Source: Haliotis cracherodii
Taxonomy: Eukaryota
Assembly: GCF_022045235.1 (NCBI RefSeq)
Contig: NW_027266343.1
Span: forward strand, 16,926,001-16,990,000
Length of the DNA stretch: 64,000 bases
Reading direction: 5' to 3'
The notes under the pieces were generated by a model that was given only the letters and a program-made list of their open reading frames with translations, ran no database searches and was not told where the DNA came from. The position numbers and the translations under genes were made by a program. This document shows, piece by piece, positions 1-12,877 of this stretch (position 1 is the stretch's first letter; every line of letters begins with the position of its first letter).

Positions 1-93
1 CACGACGAACATTAATCGTGAATGTGTGTTTGTGTGCATGTCAGTGGGTTTAATGGAAAAGTATACCAAGAAAATAAATAGATAAATAGTGGG

Positions 94-128
94 TGAGTGA
101 GTGAGTGAGTGAGTGAGTGAGTGAGTGA
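94..128. repeat. (GAGT)n microsatellite
   Basis: Read directly; same unit as the SINE tails. Confidence 0.9.
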
Positions 129-1503
129 ATGAATGTATGAAAGAACGATTGAATGAGATCTACAAGACGATAACCTCTAGATAGTGACCATTTATGTATG
201 ACCTTCAAGAAACAATCAGTCAATCAATACATCAATTACCAATCCACCAATACATCATGCAGTACATCATTCAATATTAATCAATACATCATACAATATT
301 AATCAATACATAAATCAATAAATCAGTCATGTTATGAGCCACTTAACCATCTCCTTCCTAATTTTACCTACGTATCTATAATTTAACCAAATTAAAACGA
401 TAAAATTCAAGACTATCCCATAAAGAGGTCATGTCAAACATAAACTAAGACGATAAAGTTTTGAAATGGGACTTAGATTCGATATTCCAAGTCTTAATTG
501 AATAAAGATGGCAGTTGTCAAATTCAAAGCAGAATCTATGTGGACAATCCACTCCAGTTATGGCTCTCTAAAAACAAGTTTCCTGTAATCTACGACCTTC
601 AAAACAAATAACAATAAACAGCCCTCCTTCAATATTTAGCGCACTATGAGCATTTATAATGTTTGTGAGAAACAATATCTTCAATTACAGCTGTTCAACA
701 TGAAGATAAATGTTTGGCGATAGATTACCTATTTATTTAAAGAGGTGATTAAGAATAGCGATGTAATATAATCCTGCGTCACCTGTCGTTGTCACATACA
801 TTGAAGTACCTTAGTAGCTGATAACGATTTTTACTCAGAAGCCTATATCATGTAGTATATGTTTTTCTTATATTTCGTTTTTGCTAAAAAATGTCCGAAA
901 TTCACGTTTCTGAGATGGAACGTAATCTATGTTTGCCCTCGCCATGGTAACACATTTTCACCAGGGCGGGAATCAGAGAATACTACTGTCAGTGGTTTTA
1001 TTAAAAAATTCTGGAAGTCTTTTAAATTTAAAAAATTAAAATTTGGAATTTAAAAACCCCCAACTGTTTTCCAAGCACACCATATATATTAACTTTTTAA
1101 CCCCAGTTAATGTCTTTAGGTATCGCTCCATGACACACATATTGTCAAATTGAAATGACTTCTCAAATTAGCAAGAAATCAAAATTCGTTGCTTGTTCCA
1201 GGAAACACAAATTCGAAGTTCGGCATACAGAAATTTATGTATTTTGTTATGTTTAATTTTTTGCATTACAGTTAAGATGTAAACTGATGGTATGTCAACG
1301 TTCCCTGATGTCACGGATCCTTGCTCACACTATTAACCACTATGTTTACAGACCCAGACTCGAGTATGATTTATGTTGAAAGTGCCCGAAAACAATATTC
1401 ACCCAGTCATTCTTCAAGCGTGTATTTTGTTCCGTTCATCCACATGTTGTACAGCTTGCGCGTTTGTGACTAGGCCCCCAGTTACCCATGACTGTCGTAA
1501 GAG

Positions 1504-1771
1504 TGAGTGAGTGAGTGAGTGAGTGAGTTGGGTTTAACGCTGCTTTTAACAGTATTCCAGTTATATCACGGCGTGTCAGCTTAATGTGGGTCTCAGACGT
1601 TTACCGCATCGATGAAACCCACTAGCATGGGTATGGTTCTGACAAACCTAGAAACATAATCGGGGCGAACCGGGATTCGAACCCACAAGCATATGTTTCT
1701 GGCGTGCCCAAGGGACGCAACTCTGCACAGCGAATCGCGGCGCCCTAGCCGACTGGGCCACCCGTGCCCCC
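1504..1771 (-). mobile_element. tRNA-derived SINE family C, copy with both ends and a 14-bp TSD
   Basis: A box TGGCCCAGTCGG, B box GGTTCGAATCC, (ACTC)n tail. TSD GACTGTCGTAAGAG at 1490-1503 and 1772-1785. Confidence 0.88.
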
Positions 1772-1828
1772 GACTGTCGTAAGAGCCGACTAAAATTTGG
1801 ATCTTATGGTCAGGCTCTGTGATTGTGT

Positions 1829-2084
1829 TTGTTTCTTTATTTGTTGTTTAACGCTGCATTCACAAATATTCCAGCTATATGACGGCGGTCTGTAAAAAAT
1901 AGTGTCTGGACTAGACAAACCAGTGATTGATATCATGAGCATCGATCCACGCAATTGGGATACGACGACATGCATCAACCAAGTCAGCGAACCTGACCAT
2001 CCGATCCCGTTAGTCGCCTCTTACGACAGGCATAATCGCCTTTTATGACAATCATGGGTTGCTGAAGACCTATTCCTACCCGGA
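1829..2084 (-). mobile_element. Retroposon family A (no tRNA head) with 13-bp TSD
   Basis: Matches 62402-62673. TSD TCTGTGATTGTGT at 1816-1828 and 2085-2097. Confidence 0.88.
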
Positions 2085-3738
2085 TCTGTGATTGTGTCAC
2101 CGTTCCCTTACGGCGTGAGACGTCGGTCACGCTATCAACCACTGGTTTCGACAAGGTTATTACGTGCAAGCCGAGTGTGGACAGAGCTTGAATGTTGCTG
2201 AAAGCGGAATTACAACAAACAAAAACAAACAAACAAACATTTGTCCCGGGTCTCGTTTATCATTTTTCTTAAAACAATAACGAAATTTCACTGAATCTTA
2301 ATTTTTTATTAATCAGAGCCCTGAAAATGAAATCATTTTTTTTAAATTGACGAGCCCATCTGATGATGATTCATGAACTATTCATCGCTAAACGTCGTGT
2401 TGATATTACAACACGCTTTTGTTGAAGGAGTGTAAGCAGGACTTTAGAACGGTAGTCAACGCAATATTACACCTTCACTCACTGCAATACGCCTTGTAAA
2501 TAAGGCCTGTTTACACTAACAACACACAAAGCCTATAATTGGGTTCGATGTAACCTGCCGATAAGACATGGGCAAACTTTATGGCAGGTTGAAAAAGGTC
2601 ACTCACCTTGAGATTGGGTCAAAGTTCACAGCAGATTGAACAGTACATTTAGAATTCAGCTTCGAGAACTTACTTGGACAAATATGTAATCCCTTTCGCT
2701 TATTAACTTTTCATATATGATTCTCTGTGACGTCACCCTTCACATTATTTGTCGTAAATATGTTTGGTCGAATATTTGCATAACACTGCATTACCACGTT
2801 TACATTTATTAGAGGCAAGTGTCGACTGTCGGCCCAGTAGAATAAAGTTAGTATAAAACCTTTTTTATCCTACACCCTCTACAAACCAGCATCAGCTGTC
2901 GGCCCAACAGAGTAAGGTTACCGAAAGGATCTTTATTATTCGACATCCTCCGTGAACCAGCAAGAGATTTTTTGTTGTGGAAAACCCCAATTGTTCTCGA
3001 AAATATTTTGCCTCAAAATTTACTCCCCAAAATAAATTGTGCTTTGGACATTCTCCAAAACACACGTTGGCGTCCTTTTTCAAAAAGAAAAGTGGATATC
3101 TTAGAGTGTAAAGAGAAAGAAATGTTTCGTCTCCAACACAAATCCGCCCCATCACTTAATATTAAAAGGTCTGCCCCTAAAACCACCCAAAGCTTGCGTC
3201 ATCCCCTTTTACGTAACCTCAGGTAGCAAAGTTGAGAGCTTTGGTTGCTAATACCCCTGTTAAACACAGAACGTTTACACAATCTATCACGCGGGTCCTT
3301 CACGCGGCGGGCACACAACAGCGTGTTGCGCAGCCTACAACAGGTCTCTATCTCGCCATACCCGGTATGACAGCCAGTATTACCCTCTTACCTTTGACAG
3401 CTCATAAACAACTGCACACACATACCCAGACCGCCCCTTAATATCGAAGAGGGGACAATATAGTAATTACTGCAGCGCTAGCATAAGCTATTAATTTGAC
3501 GGCACGGCCGCCATATTTGAAGTTCAGGGTGACCTCTGACCTTGAGGATTTGGACTGGCGACACTGGGTTTAGCGAAATAGACTGCTGGTGTGGTTTCGC
3601 TATCTCCAGCATTGATTTTGGATTGACACTGGGACTTATATGTGAAAGTGAAATGAAAGATTAACGCGAGGAAAGGAGTAGGCGAAAAGAGGATTTTGAC
3701 ATTTGATTTTGACATGTTTGGCCCCATCCTATAAGATT

Positions 3739-3972
3739 CCCTGTGAAGGTCCAGGTTAGAATTGGTCTTCACCAACCCATGTTTGTCGTAAGAGGCGACT
3801 AACGGGATCGTGTGGTCAGGCTCGCTGACTTGAATTGTACATCCCTATATCCCTATTGTCTAAGCCGATGCTCATGATGTCAGTCACTGGATTGTATTGT
3901 GCAGACTCCATTTTTTACAGACCGTTGCCACATAGCTGGAATATTGCTGAGTGCGGCGTTCAACAACAAACT
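3739..3972 (+). mobile_element. Retroposon family A copy
   Basis: CCCTGTGAAGGTCC...GTCGTAAGAGGCGACTAACGGGATC...GCTGGAATATTGCTGAGTGCGGCGTT, then CAACAACAAAC tail. Confidence 0.85.
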
Positions 3973-4199
3973 ATTAAACTATAAATATCCCAAGTACGAA
4001 ACCTTAAAGGGCCCGACATAACGGATGTTCACAATAGCTGCAGGTTATGAATATTAACTCGATGGGTGATCACGAAAAATGTATTTTATGCCCTGTACCG
4101 ATTGTTAAAGGAGTCGACATTAATGGAGATGACGTGTTCACGATGACTGTTAATTATGAATATTTTCATATTGGGTAATCACGAAAAAATTAAGTGATG

Positions 4200-4387
4200 T
4201 GTTGTGAAGTATGTTTTTTAACACCACACTCAGCAATATTCCAGCTGTATGACGGCAGTCTGTAAAAAACACCAGACAATCCAGTGATTGACATCATGAG
4301 CATCGATCCACGCAATTGGGATACGAAGACATGCATCAACCAAGTCAGCAAGCCTGACAACCCGATCCCGTAAGTCGCCTCTTACGA
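4200..4387 (-). mobile_element. Retroposon family A, 5'-truncated copy
   Basis: Reverse-complement match to the family A body and tail. Confidence 0.8.
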
Positions 4388-6361
4388 AGAGTTTAAGTGT
4401 ACTCGTCGACACCATAGACATGAATCTCTGCTCCAATTAGCGACCATAATTTTGTCTTGTGGCAAGTGCAAGGAGTCGTAGCCATAAGGCGTGTGCAGAG
4501 TTTTCTCCCTTAGCAGTGCAACGATCCGCGAATCCACGTTTCCGTCGTATGTCATCCCTTTCTTTACCAACACGACACCCCTGCCAATTTCCCAGTGACA
4601 ATTCACTTATATATGTTCACCTGATATATGAATTGAAATACTGTTCAAAGCGGATATAAACCCAACTCCGTGAACTCATCAGAATCTACAAACATAGGTA
4701 TTCAATAAAATAAATGATATAAAAATAATAATGAAATATAAAAGACGAGTAGATAAAAATAAGTGTATATATGTTTAAAACAAGTAATGAAAATGGCTGT
4801 TAAGGTAAAGACTTTATGAATGCTTGTAGATTGAAATCTGCAGCAATCAATAAACGACGACAGTCAAGGAAATGAAAGTGCAATGTTTGCATTTTCGTGG
4901 GCGTGGTCCGGTTCAAACGTCATTGCCATGCAATAAACATGTTCACCTTTGACCTACTAAGAATAAATCTGATAAAGCGAATATGGTTGCGTCGGATGAT
5001 TTTCACAGCCAGAATCAAATATATAAATAGTTAAAAATAATTCCTATCAAACTTCGGAACATTGCTTTATTGTATTTATCATAAATATTGCTCCTGTTCC
5101 AAGTATAAATGGAAATTGTAACATTCAAGCGAGATTGTTTTTTTTATATCATGCAATACGGTAAATTATCAGTTAATGAAGTTAAACATTAATTTCTATG
5201 CGAAACCACTGTGATTTGAAATGTACGCGCTCTTGTGAGCGTCGGTTTATGCTGGAATAGCTGGACGCGCTTCCTTACGACGCAGCCGTGATCAATGTGT
5301 TTTTTTGTTATTGAAGGTCACTAAACCTATTTATGTTTTTTGGATCGGCTGGTTGGAGGACATGTGCCTTACAACGTCGGCGCAATTAGGGAGTGGGTCT
5401 AACGTTACTTTGGACAGTATTTGCATCACGGCATGTCAGCTTAATAAGGGAGGAAAACGATACATGCCTTTCGCGTTGACCACTTTGTGAAAACCCACGA
5501 ACAGGTATTCTGCTGAAAAACCAGGATTCAGGGTGATTAGGGGTTTCAAAAACACGATAATAAAATCCTGGCACGGCTAAGCTGATTGGTCAACTGGGTC
5601 ACGTTTGGAAAATGACGAGCATCGACAGTAAGAGTATACATCCGGGCAGAATGACGAAGACAAAATGACTGTTCACAAATTTCACACATACATATTTCTT
5701 TCTGAAACGTAGGAGCCCAACTATTTGGGAAGAGGGGCCGAGAATTCATTTTCTTCGGCATTTCGAATTAACAATTTAAAAAACAAACCAAAAACTGAGG
5801 CAAAAATAATTTTGACAGTGTGGTCTGGAACAAATTATTTTTTACTCAAAATATCTTTCCCTGATAATCGAATTAACCTAACGCCGACACAACAATCAAA
5901 CATGATTGACCAGAAAGTCTAACATCAATCATTTTGTCCCACAATTTCAAACCAGTCAGATTTATATCAGAATGTTATTTCACTTTTAAAATGATTCGTA
6001 TATGAATATATTTGCCCATTAGTTGCCCATTAAATGAAGAGCTTAAAATTTCGAGCAAATAGAAACGGTGGAAGAGAAATAATTATCAGAAAATATGTTT
6101 TACAACTATTGATACGCACACTCATTGTTGGGTGCAATGCGTACGACATCCACGTCAGTGTAAAATCTTTGTCAAAATATTAAACAATCAAACAGTGAAT
6201 CGGTAACATTTTTTTATTTTAAAATGCATGTAAAGTTTTTCCCCAAACGATTTTAGTGCTAGGACTAGCCAGTATGTAACTCCAGTACAATTAATTACCT
6301 ATTAGTGGCAGCGATAAAACCGATTGGTGGAGCGGTCCCATGTCTCTGTACTTAAATTAAA

Positions 6362-6712
6362 GGTGAGGTGTGGAAAACGGGGTTTACGTCGGGTGAGTGA
6401 CTGTGTGCGTGCGGCTGCTTGCTCTTATGCAGCGACATGCGTGCGTGCGCGCGCGTGCGTGTGTGTGCGTGTGTGTGTTTGTGTATGTGTGTGTGTGTGT
6501 GACTGCTTTTGCTAGTCAACACTAATGCGGATTTTACAGTGCTAGCCCACTGAGATACCTACCAATTTCTACCGTGGATACCACACTCAGACACTATATA
6601 ATGCCGAGCGCCAGTCAGGTTAACAACAAATAGCATCTTTTAACGTCTTTTGGTATGACCCCGACCTTCCGCTCCCCAGGCAGCCGCTCTACCACTAGAC
6701 TACGAAGGCGGT
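6362..6712 (-). mobile_element. tRNA-derived SINE family D (MetaSINE-like), decayed, with internal (GT)n
   Basis: Matches 42978-43302, including CATACCAAAAGACGTTAAAAGATG and TCTCAGTGGGCTAGCACT. Confidence 0.7.
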
Positions 6713-6751
6713 TACTTATTAAAGAATAAAATACGAGATTGAGACACTGCC

Positions 6752-6855
6752 AAACCTAGAAACATAATCGGGGCCAACCGGAATTCGAACCCATGATGAT
6801 AGGTTTAGGTCGTGTCCAAGGGACGCAACTCTAGTCAGGAAACGACCGCGGCACC
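6752..6855 (-). mobile_element. SINE family C 5' fragment
   Basis: AAACCTAGAAACATAATCGGGG...TTCGAACCC...CCAAGGGACGCAACTCT, as in 1504-1771. Confidence 0.7.
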
Positions 6856-6865
6856 TTGTCATTAA

Positions 6866-6901
<36 letters not shown>
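6866..6901. repeat. (TAA)n microsatellite
   Basis: Read directly. Confidence 0.9.
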
Positions 6902-6902
<1 letters not shown>

Positions 6903-8267
6903 TATACATACTTATGTCACGTTTAAAATGAACCAAAGGAACCCAAACTATTTTGGCAATATGGCCTCATGTTGCTACAACTGACCAATCAAGTTTAAAA
7001 ATAGCTAAAACGCTCATGTGCAAATATCGAACCCTTATTATACTCGATCTTTCAACCTTTATGGGCAATATATTAAATTATACCGGGCGCTTTGATGATA
7101 CCTACTTGTTAGACATAAATTAACTTGTTGAACACTCGTTTGTATGATGAATCGTAAATTGTTAAGCAAACAGTCTTCTTCATAAATTATATAATCGTAT
7201 AGCCTCTCTGGTCAATGGCTTTAAATACCTCGGAACACATGTCCAGAACGTTAATTGATAAAGCCAGGTCTCAAGAAGAATGATATGAGGTACTTCCAGT
7301 TGTCTAAACTGTGAATTATCATGAATAGTGAGTAGTTTGTCTTTTCAAAACACCGTAAAGTCAAGTAGATTTGTTTGAAAGCCTGTCCATATGAAATGTA
7401 ATTGAAGCATACAATTGCTTAATATGCCGCTCTTCCAGTCTGTCTTGCAATAGACAACAATAATGATTGATGACGCCAAGCACATTCACTGGGACATCTT
7501 ACTCTTAAATTGCCAGCTAACCTTAGCTCCGACAGTCAATAGAGAAGCAGGTTTGAGTACCGCGCATGCCCGGATACCTGCTTGTCGTCATGGTAACTGA
7601 AGGAGCTAATGGCTGCCAGGTCGCGCCTACTTGACGAGATCTCTTGGTGACGAGAGTTCGGATTTGAGGCAGCATTCGAGAGCTAGAGACGCAGCCATGA
7701 TTGATCGAAATTAGGATACATGTTTAGAGAAATTATGGAGAATTTAAACAGCCGTCTTGAACGTGAGAGGGTGTCGCCGCCTGGCGGCCAAATAACGTGA
7801 CCATATCGTGGCGACGTAGTCCCCGGGCTCTTCAAAAGATATTTCTATCTGTCGTGTTTTAGGAGGAGAAGACAAATTAGCTTCAATTGGTGCATGCAAT
7901 TTCACACAGGTCTCTATGTTGAATGGGGCAATTCTTCTGTGTATTGGATGTTCTTGAGGGTCGTCCTGCTGTAAGTAGCGATGAGTCGACAATAACGATG
8001 GAGGGCTGTTCTAAGGTTTACAGGATCTAACCGCTATCTTGATCTGAAGAATGTAAACACTTTCAAACATGAACCTAGTGACAGTTGTTTAAAAGACAAC
8101 TCATCTTGGAAGCCCGAAATATATTTTATTCAGGGCGTCTAGAAGATATTAAACTTGTTTCGTAAAACTTGAGGCCATTTGTTTATAAAGCCAACAACAG
8201 TATTACGGGCTATATTTTATATAAATATTAAAATGCATTCGAACACGGCTCATATGGTCGTTGATAT

Positions 8268-8344
8268 GTGAGTGAGTGAGTGAGTGAGTGAGTGAGTGAG
8301 TGAGTGAGTGAGTGAGTGAGTGTGTGAGTAAGTGAGTGAGTGAG
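8268..8344. repeat. (GAGT)n microsatellite
   Basis: Read directly; source of the THSL-repeat ORFs. Confidence 0.95.
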
Positions 8345-9578
8345 AATGTATAGTTCAAGCAAAGTATATGATGTGTAAACGACTTCAAAACAATTTGCTT
8401 GGTCTGCCAATTTAGCAGAGCATAGCCCACCTTTAAGGAGAGTCGAACTTGGTGATATCTGACATATCGAATGAATGGTATACACATATGTAATTACACA
8501 TTAGACAACGTTCAAGCGGAACCCATTTAACCAAGAACCTTGCCATACCGAACTGCGCTTGCCAATGTCACTCGTTTATTCAGATAAAATAAACATTTCT
8601 AATTACTAACTGACCCAACCAATAGTTTCGAGTGTTTCAACTGGTTTCTGAAAGCCCACTTGTTAAAAGTCAACTGATCAATTCTTTTTAAATCACACAG
8701 CAGCTGCAATCTAATAACAACGATTAATTTGAATTTGAAAAAGATTTCACAATTTGAATATTAATTCCCTCTTAAAAAACGTGACTTCACAGCTGTATTC
8801 TGAAAGTAATCGCTATTTACAATCGGGTGTTTGGAGAGAAATGCACACAACTGGATTTCAAACACCCATCCAAGAGACGTCACCCGGTGGATTTTAGCAT
8901 TCTACTTCTGCCGTTTCAAGCAGTTATATTTGTTCGAACGTCGGATCTAGGGTTATATTTCATATTCAACTCGAGCAATAACCAAACATTTGACGCCGAA
9001 CACAGCGGAGGAAATAGTGAAATTGATAGATTGTACAGGTAATAACTTAATGAATCCATATTTACTTGTCCTACAAACACTCGAGGTTTGTCACTAATTC
9101 CTAAAATGAGGACCGATTTGTCAGATTCGACTCTATATTCTCCAACCTTTCACCCATCCCATATATCTCCTTCGAGAGCGGCGCCTTCAAAAGTTTACTG
9201 CGGTGAAAAAAGCGGAGGAAATATGCTCTTGAAGTTGAGAGACGTCATAACGTTGTGCCATAAACCTGAAGATATATTGGGGGGTGTATTTTTGCACTGT
9301 GGGTTTACATGGGATTACGCTGTAGAATAGATTCACTTTTTGTAAAGACGAAAATGGACAGTGTGTGTCTTATGGTTTAACCTCGAATTCGAGTGTCCCC
9401 TCTTTATTTAGCCGTTAAACCCTCGGAGCGATTGGAAAAATAAAGCGGATCCTGCCACCTAAGGCAGATAATCGTGCAAATTGAGGGATCTTTTCGTACT
9501 GGGTCACCCGTGCCAAACCGAAATTTTGGAAGAACGTTGGGTTGCCCAAAATCTGTATTTTTAAACATTTCAGGGTTA

Positions 9579-9695
9579 GTGAGTGTGTGAGTAAGGTTTT
9601 ACGCCACTTTTAACAATATTCCAGCAATATCACGGCGGGGGACATCTGAAATGGGCTTCACACATTGTACCCATGTCGGGAATCGAACCCGCGTC
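9579..9695 (-). mobile_element. Short tRNA-SINE family B, 5'-truncated
   Basis: Reverse complement of GGTTCGATTCCCGACATGGGTACAATGTGTGAAGCCCATTTC...GATATTGCTGGAATATTG. Confidence 0.8.
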
Positions 9696-9878
9696 TACAG
9701 CGGGCATTAATTAATCTAATTAATTTGTCTAAATACGAAACTCACTCACTCACTGAATTCAACAAGCAATCAGTAAATATTTCAATTATTGCTATATATT
9801 GGATAAACAAAGGGGGATTTTACATGCGCTTCATATTGTCACCCCATCAACAATTTCTGTATGTTTATCGCCGCATGG

Positions 9879-10238
9879 TGAGGTGGGGTGAAATGAGGTT
9901 TAACGTCACGTCCAAGAGTATTGCATTTATATAGCGATGTGCATGCCCGTATGTGTGTGTGGTTGCTTGTTCGGATTAATGCTGATTTATTGTGCTAGCC
10001 CATTGAGATACCATCCCACAGTTAAACACAAATACCCCACACAGTACACTGACGCCGAAGCGACCACTTTTTGTTAAAGCCCCTTAATTCCTTGTACAAG
10101 GCAAGGTAACACGAGTGCCAGGCAGGGTAACAACAAATACCATCTTTGAACGTCTTTTGATATGACGCGGCAGGGGCTCGAACCCCGGACCTTCCGCTCT
10201 CCGGGCGGACGCTCTACCATTAGACCACGGAGCCGGTC
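9879..10238 (-). mobile_element. tRNA-derived SINE family D (MetaSINE-like) with 11-bp TSD
   Basis: Head GACCGGCTCCGTGGTCTAATGGTAGAGCG...GGTTCGAGCC. TSD TCGCCGCATGG (9868-9878) / TCGTCGCATGG (10239-10249). Confidence 0.82.
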
Positions 10239-10822
10239 TCGTCGCATGGCCTACATCCGGTGCATAATTCACTGAGAGAAGCGAATTATTTGTTGTATTA
10301 CCGGCAATCGGCTTTTACTTCCTACATCAACTCCATGTCATGTATAATTATGGGAAAAGAAGAATGTCCACCAGAGGCTGATCCTGGAGCTGAAACTGGT
10401 TGATGAGGATAGTGATGCACACTTTATTCAAGTCACTTGACCGAGGGCAAATCCAACATGTACGGTGTCTGCAAAAAAGGTGGGTAGCCGATACGGGGAA
10501 ATCCGTGGTACATAAAGCGTTACTAATTTGCGCCAAAGTACCACTTCGAGAAAGACTTTTCCAGTTGTTTGGGAAAGACTTTCGCTAGATCGACCATTGC
10601 CCACCAAATCACTTGATATGGGAATGCCTAGAGTTGTCACGTGATATGAGCAGCGGACGACCTGGTCACGTGATTGCTGAGCACTTAAAATGTTGTGCAG
10701 TCTCTCTCCCATATATGGTAGTCGTATCAGTCATAACTCCTTGCCGAGCATAGATACGGTACACACGCAGTCACAATGATGTTTACACCGCCGTTACATC
10801 TTCCTCATTAAATTGGATGTTT

Positions 10823-10885
10823 GGGGTCGGGGTGGGTGTGGGTGTGGGTGTGGGTGGGGTGTCGGGGTGGGGTGGGGTGTGGGGG
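10823..10885 (+). repeat. G-rich (GGGTGT/GGGGT)n tract, potential G-quadruplex
   Basis: About ten runs of three or more G separated by 1-4 nt. Confidence 0.7.
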
Positions 10886-10886
10886 C

Positions 10887-11025
10887 GTTCCAGGTTTGTC
10901 GGCACCATAACCGTGATAGTGAGTTTCACCAAAGTGGAAGTGGTAAACGTCCAAGACCCGCATCCCCTCGGGCTTTCCTCCCCATCATACTGACACGCCG
11001 TGATATAACTGAAATGCTGTTCAAA
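10887..11025 (+). mobile_element. SINE family C 3' fragment
   Basis: AGGTTTGTCGGCACCATA...GGCTTTCCTCCC...CTGACACGCCGTGATATAACTG. Confidence 0.75.
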
Positions 11026-11409
11026 GGGCAGTTGCCCCCTCCTAGATTTTTTTTTTTATAGAAAACAGTTTTATTTGAATCAAGTTGGGGAGAAGTGATA
11101 CTTGAACAAATATTTGCCCCCCGTCAAGAAAAGTTAACTTCGGCCTTGATCAACCAAGTCACCGAACCCAAACACATATAATCGCCCCTATGACAAACAT
11201 AGGTCACTGGGTACTCCCCGCGGGTGTACAGAGGTTGGTCATTTAGCACACTGCCCTTTGCGAAGCTGTTTAGTGTGAAACCCAGGGAAAGTCGCAACAT
11301 GTATGTCACGCAACGCATATTCAACAAGTCACCAGTCAATGTGAAGGAATTTGTCTTCGAAACTGTGACGTCACGAATGGCGTCTGTAATTTTTACATGA
11401 ATGCCACAA

Positions 11410-11639
11410 TGAGCATTATTCCAGCGACATCATGTAAATAATTGAGTCTGGACCAGACAAACCAGTCATTGATATCATGGACATCGAAACAATCAATTGG
11501 GATACGATGGCATGCATCAACCAAGTCAGCGAGCCTGAACAGCCGATCCCGTTAGTCGCCTCTTGCGACAAGCACAGTAGCATCTTTCGACAAGCATGGG
11601 TTGCTGAAGACTAATTCTTAGCTTGATCTTCACGGGTCT
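11410..11639 (-). mobile_element. Retroposon family A copy (duplicated-hairpin variant)
   Basis: 5' end GACCCGTGAAGATC on the minus strand; body matches family A. Confidence 0.8.
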
Positions 11640-12877
11640 CGCCTCTAGAGACAAACACATTATACCCAGGACAAGTTACATGGGAGTAAGGTAAAGTAAA
11701 TGTGGTTATTAATAAACTATTGCTATAAAAAAACATGTGCATACACAAACCTTCTCCATGTGAATAAACACAAACATGCACAAAGTCCGAAAACAAAACA
11801 GAAAGTAACTGGACCTGGATTTCTGAGAACAGGACAAGAAACCCAAAACACAGCACCCAAACACACCATCCACACTCAGACAAATTTCCAGCCTCCGGTG
11901 GCCTCCTGCCCACAAGGATGACAAGCCGACTATAGCCCACTTTGTTTTTGTTTGGCTGGATATCTGGAAGTAATTCAAAGTAAAATTACCTTGTTTGGAA
12001 CTCCAATGACTTGGGACGAACCGTTTATCACCTCCGGGAATAGCACAAACGGCGGATATACTCCTTTTTCTTTGACCTCATAAACAAGGGATTAGGACTA
12101 GCGTATCGAGATCTAGTCTTTGAAGAGACTGGGGTATGTTTGGTTGAGGTAAAGGACTAAAACTTCTGTTTGAAGACCGTATGACAAAATTGCGGTTAGC
12201 AGGCGGTTTCAAAATATACAGAAAATTTCACTGCAAACCCGTATACTCAGTATTCTCGGAAAGGAGTAGCCAAACATTTTTTTCACAATACATTTTTTTC
12301 CGAACGTCCGTCATATCCAGACAACTGTTATTTGAGGTGTGGCAGACGGGGTATTTTGGAGGATGTGTGTGTTAAGATTGAGGCAGAAAATTGTTAAGTA
12401 TATTCTATACCATCTATTTTCTGAATAATTACATCCATCCCACCAATGCTCACCCATCCTCACCCATCTTCACAATAATTCGACAAAAGCATTATCTCGA
12501 CATGGCCGTGTGGATGATTGCAAATAGTAACATATATCTAACACTGGTGGTCACCTTTATTTAAAAAATGCTATTTCAATATTATACTACATACTCTGAG
12601 GTCGCCACTCTCCCGCTAAGTCCCTGCATTTGTGTTGACGTTCAACGAGTGTTTACACTTCCGAACTAAAGGTTGCTGTCGAAAAAACATCAACAACTGT
12701 ACTTAAACAAGCGTGGCTCTGGCTTTCATCTTGGTCAATTAAGGGCAAAAACATCCTCTAGAGCCAGTGCTTAAAGGGGCTATCTGTAACGTAGCGAGAG
12801 TCGGGGGTCAGTGGGACGGGTCATAGCTTCAAAGTAACTGGGAGTACTGTTGTCGTGTCTACTCCATGATTAGATTC

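Larger units (their letters stand above)
1480..2238 (+). mobile_element. Older, diverged family A-like host retroposon split by two insertions
   Basis: With both inserts removed it reads ACCCATGACTGTCGTAAGAGCCGACTAA...GGTCAGGCTC...GAATGTTGCTGAAAGCGGAATTACAACAAAC(AAAC)n. 5' boundary approximate. Confidence 0.65.
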
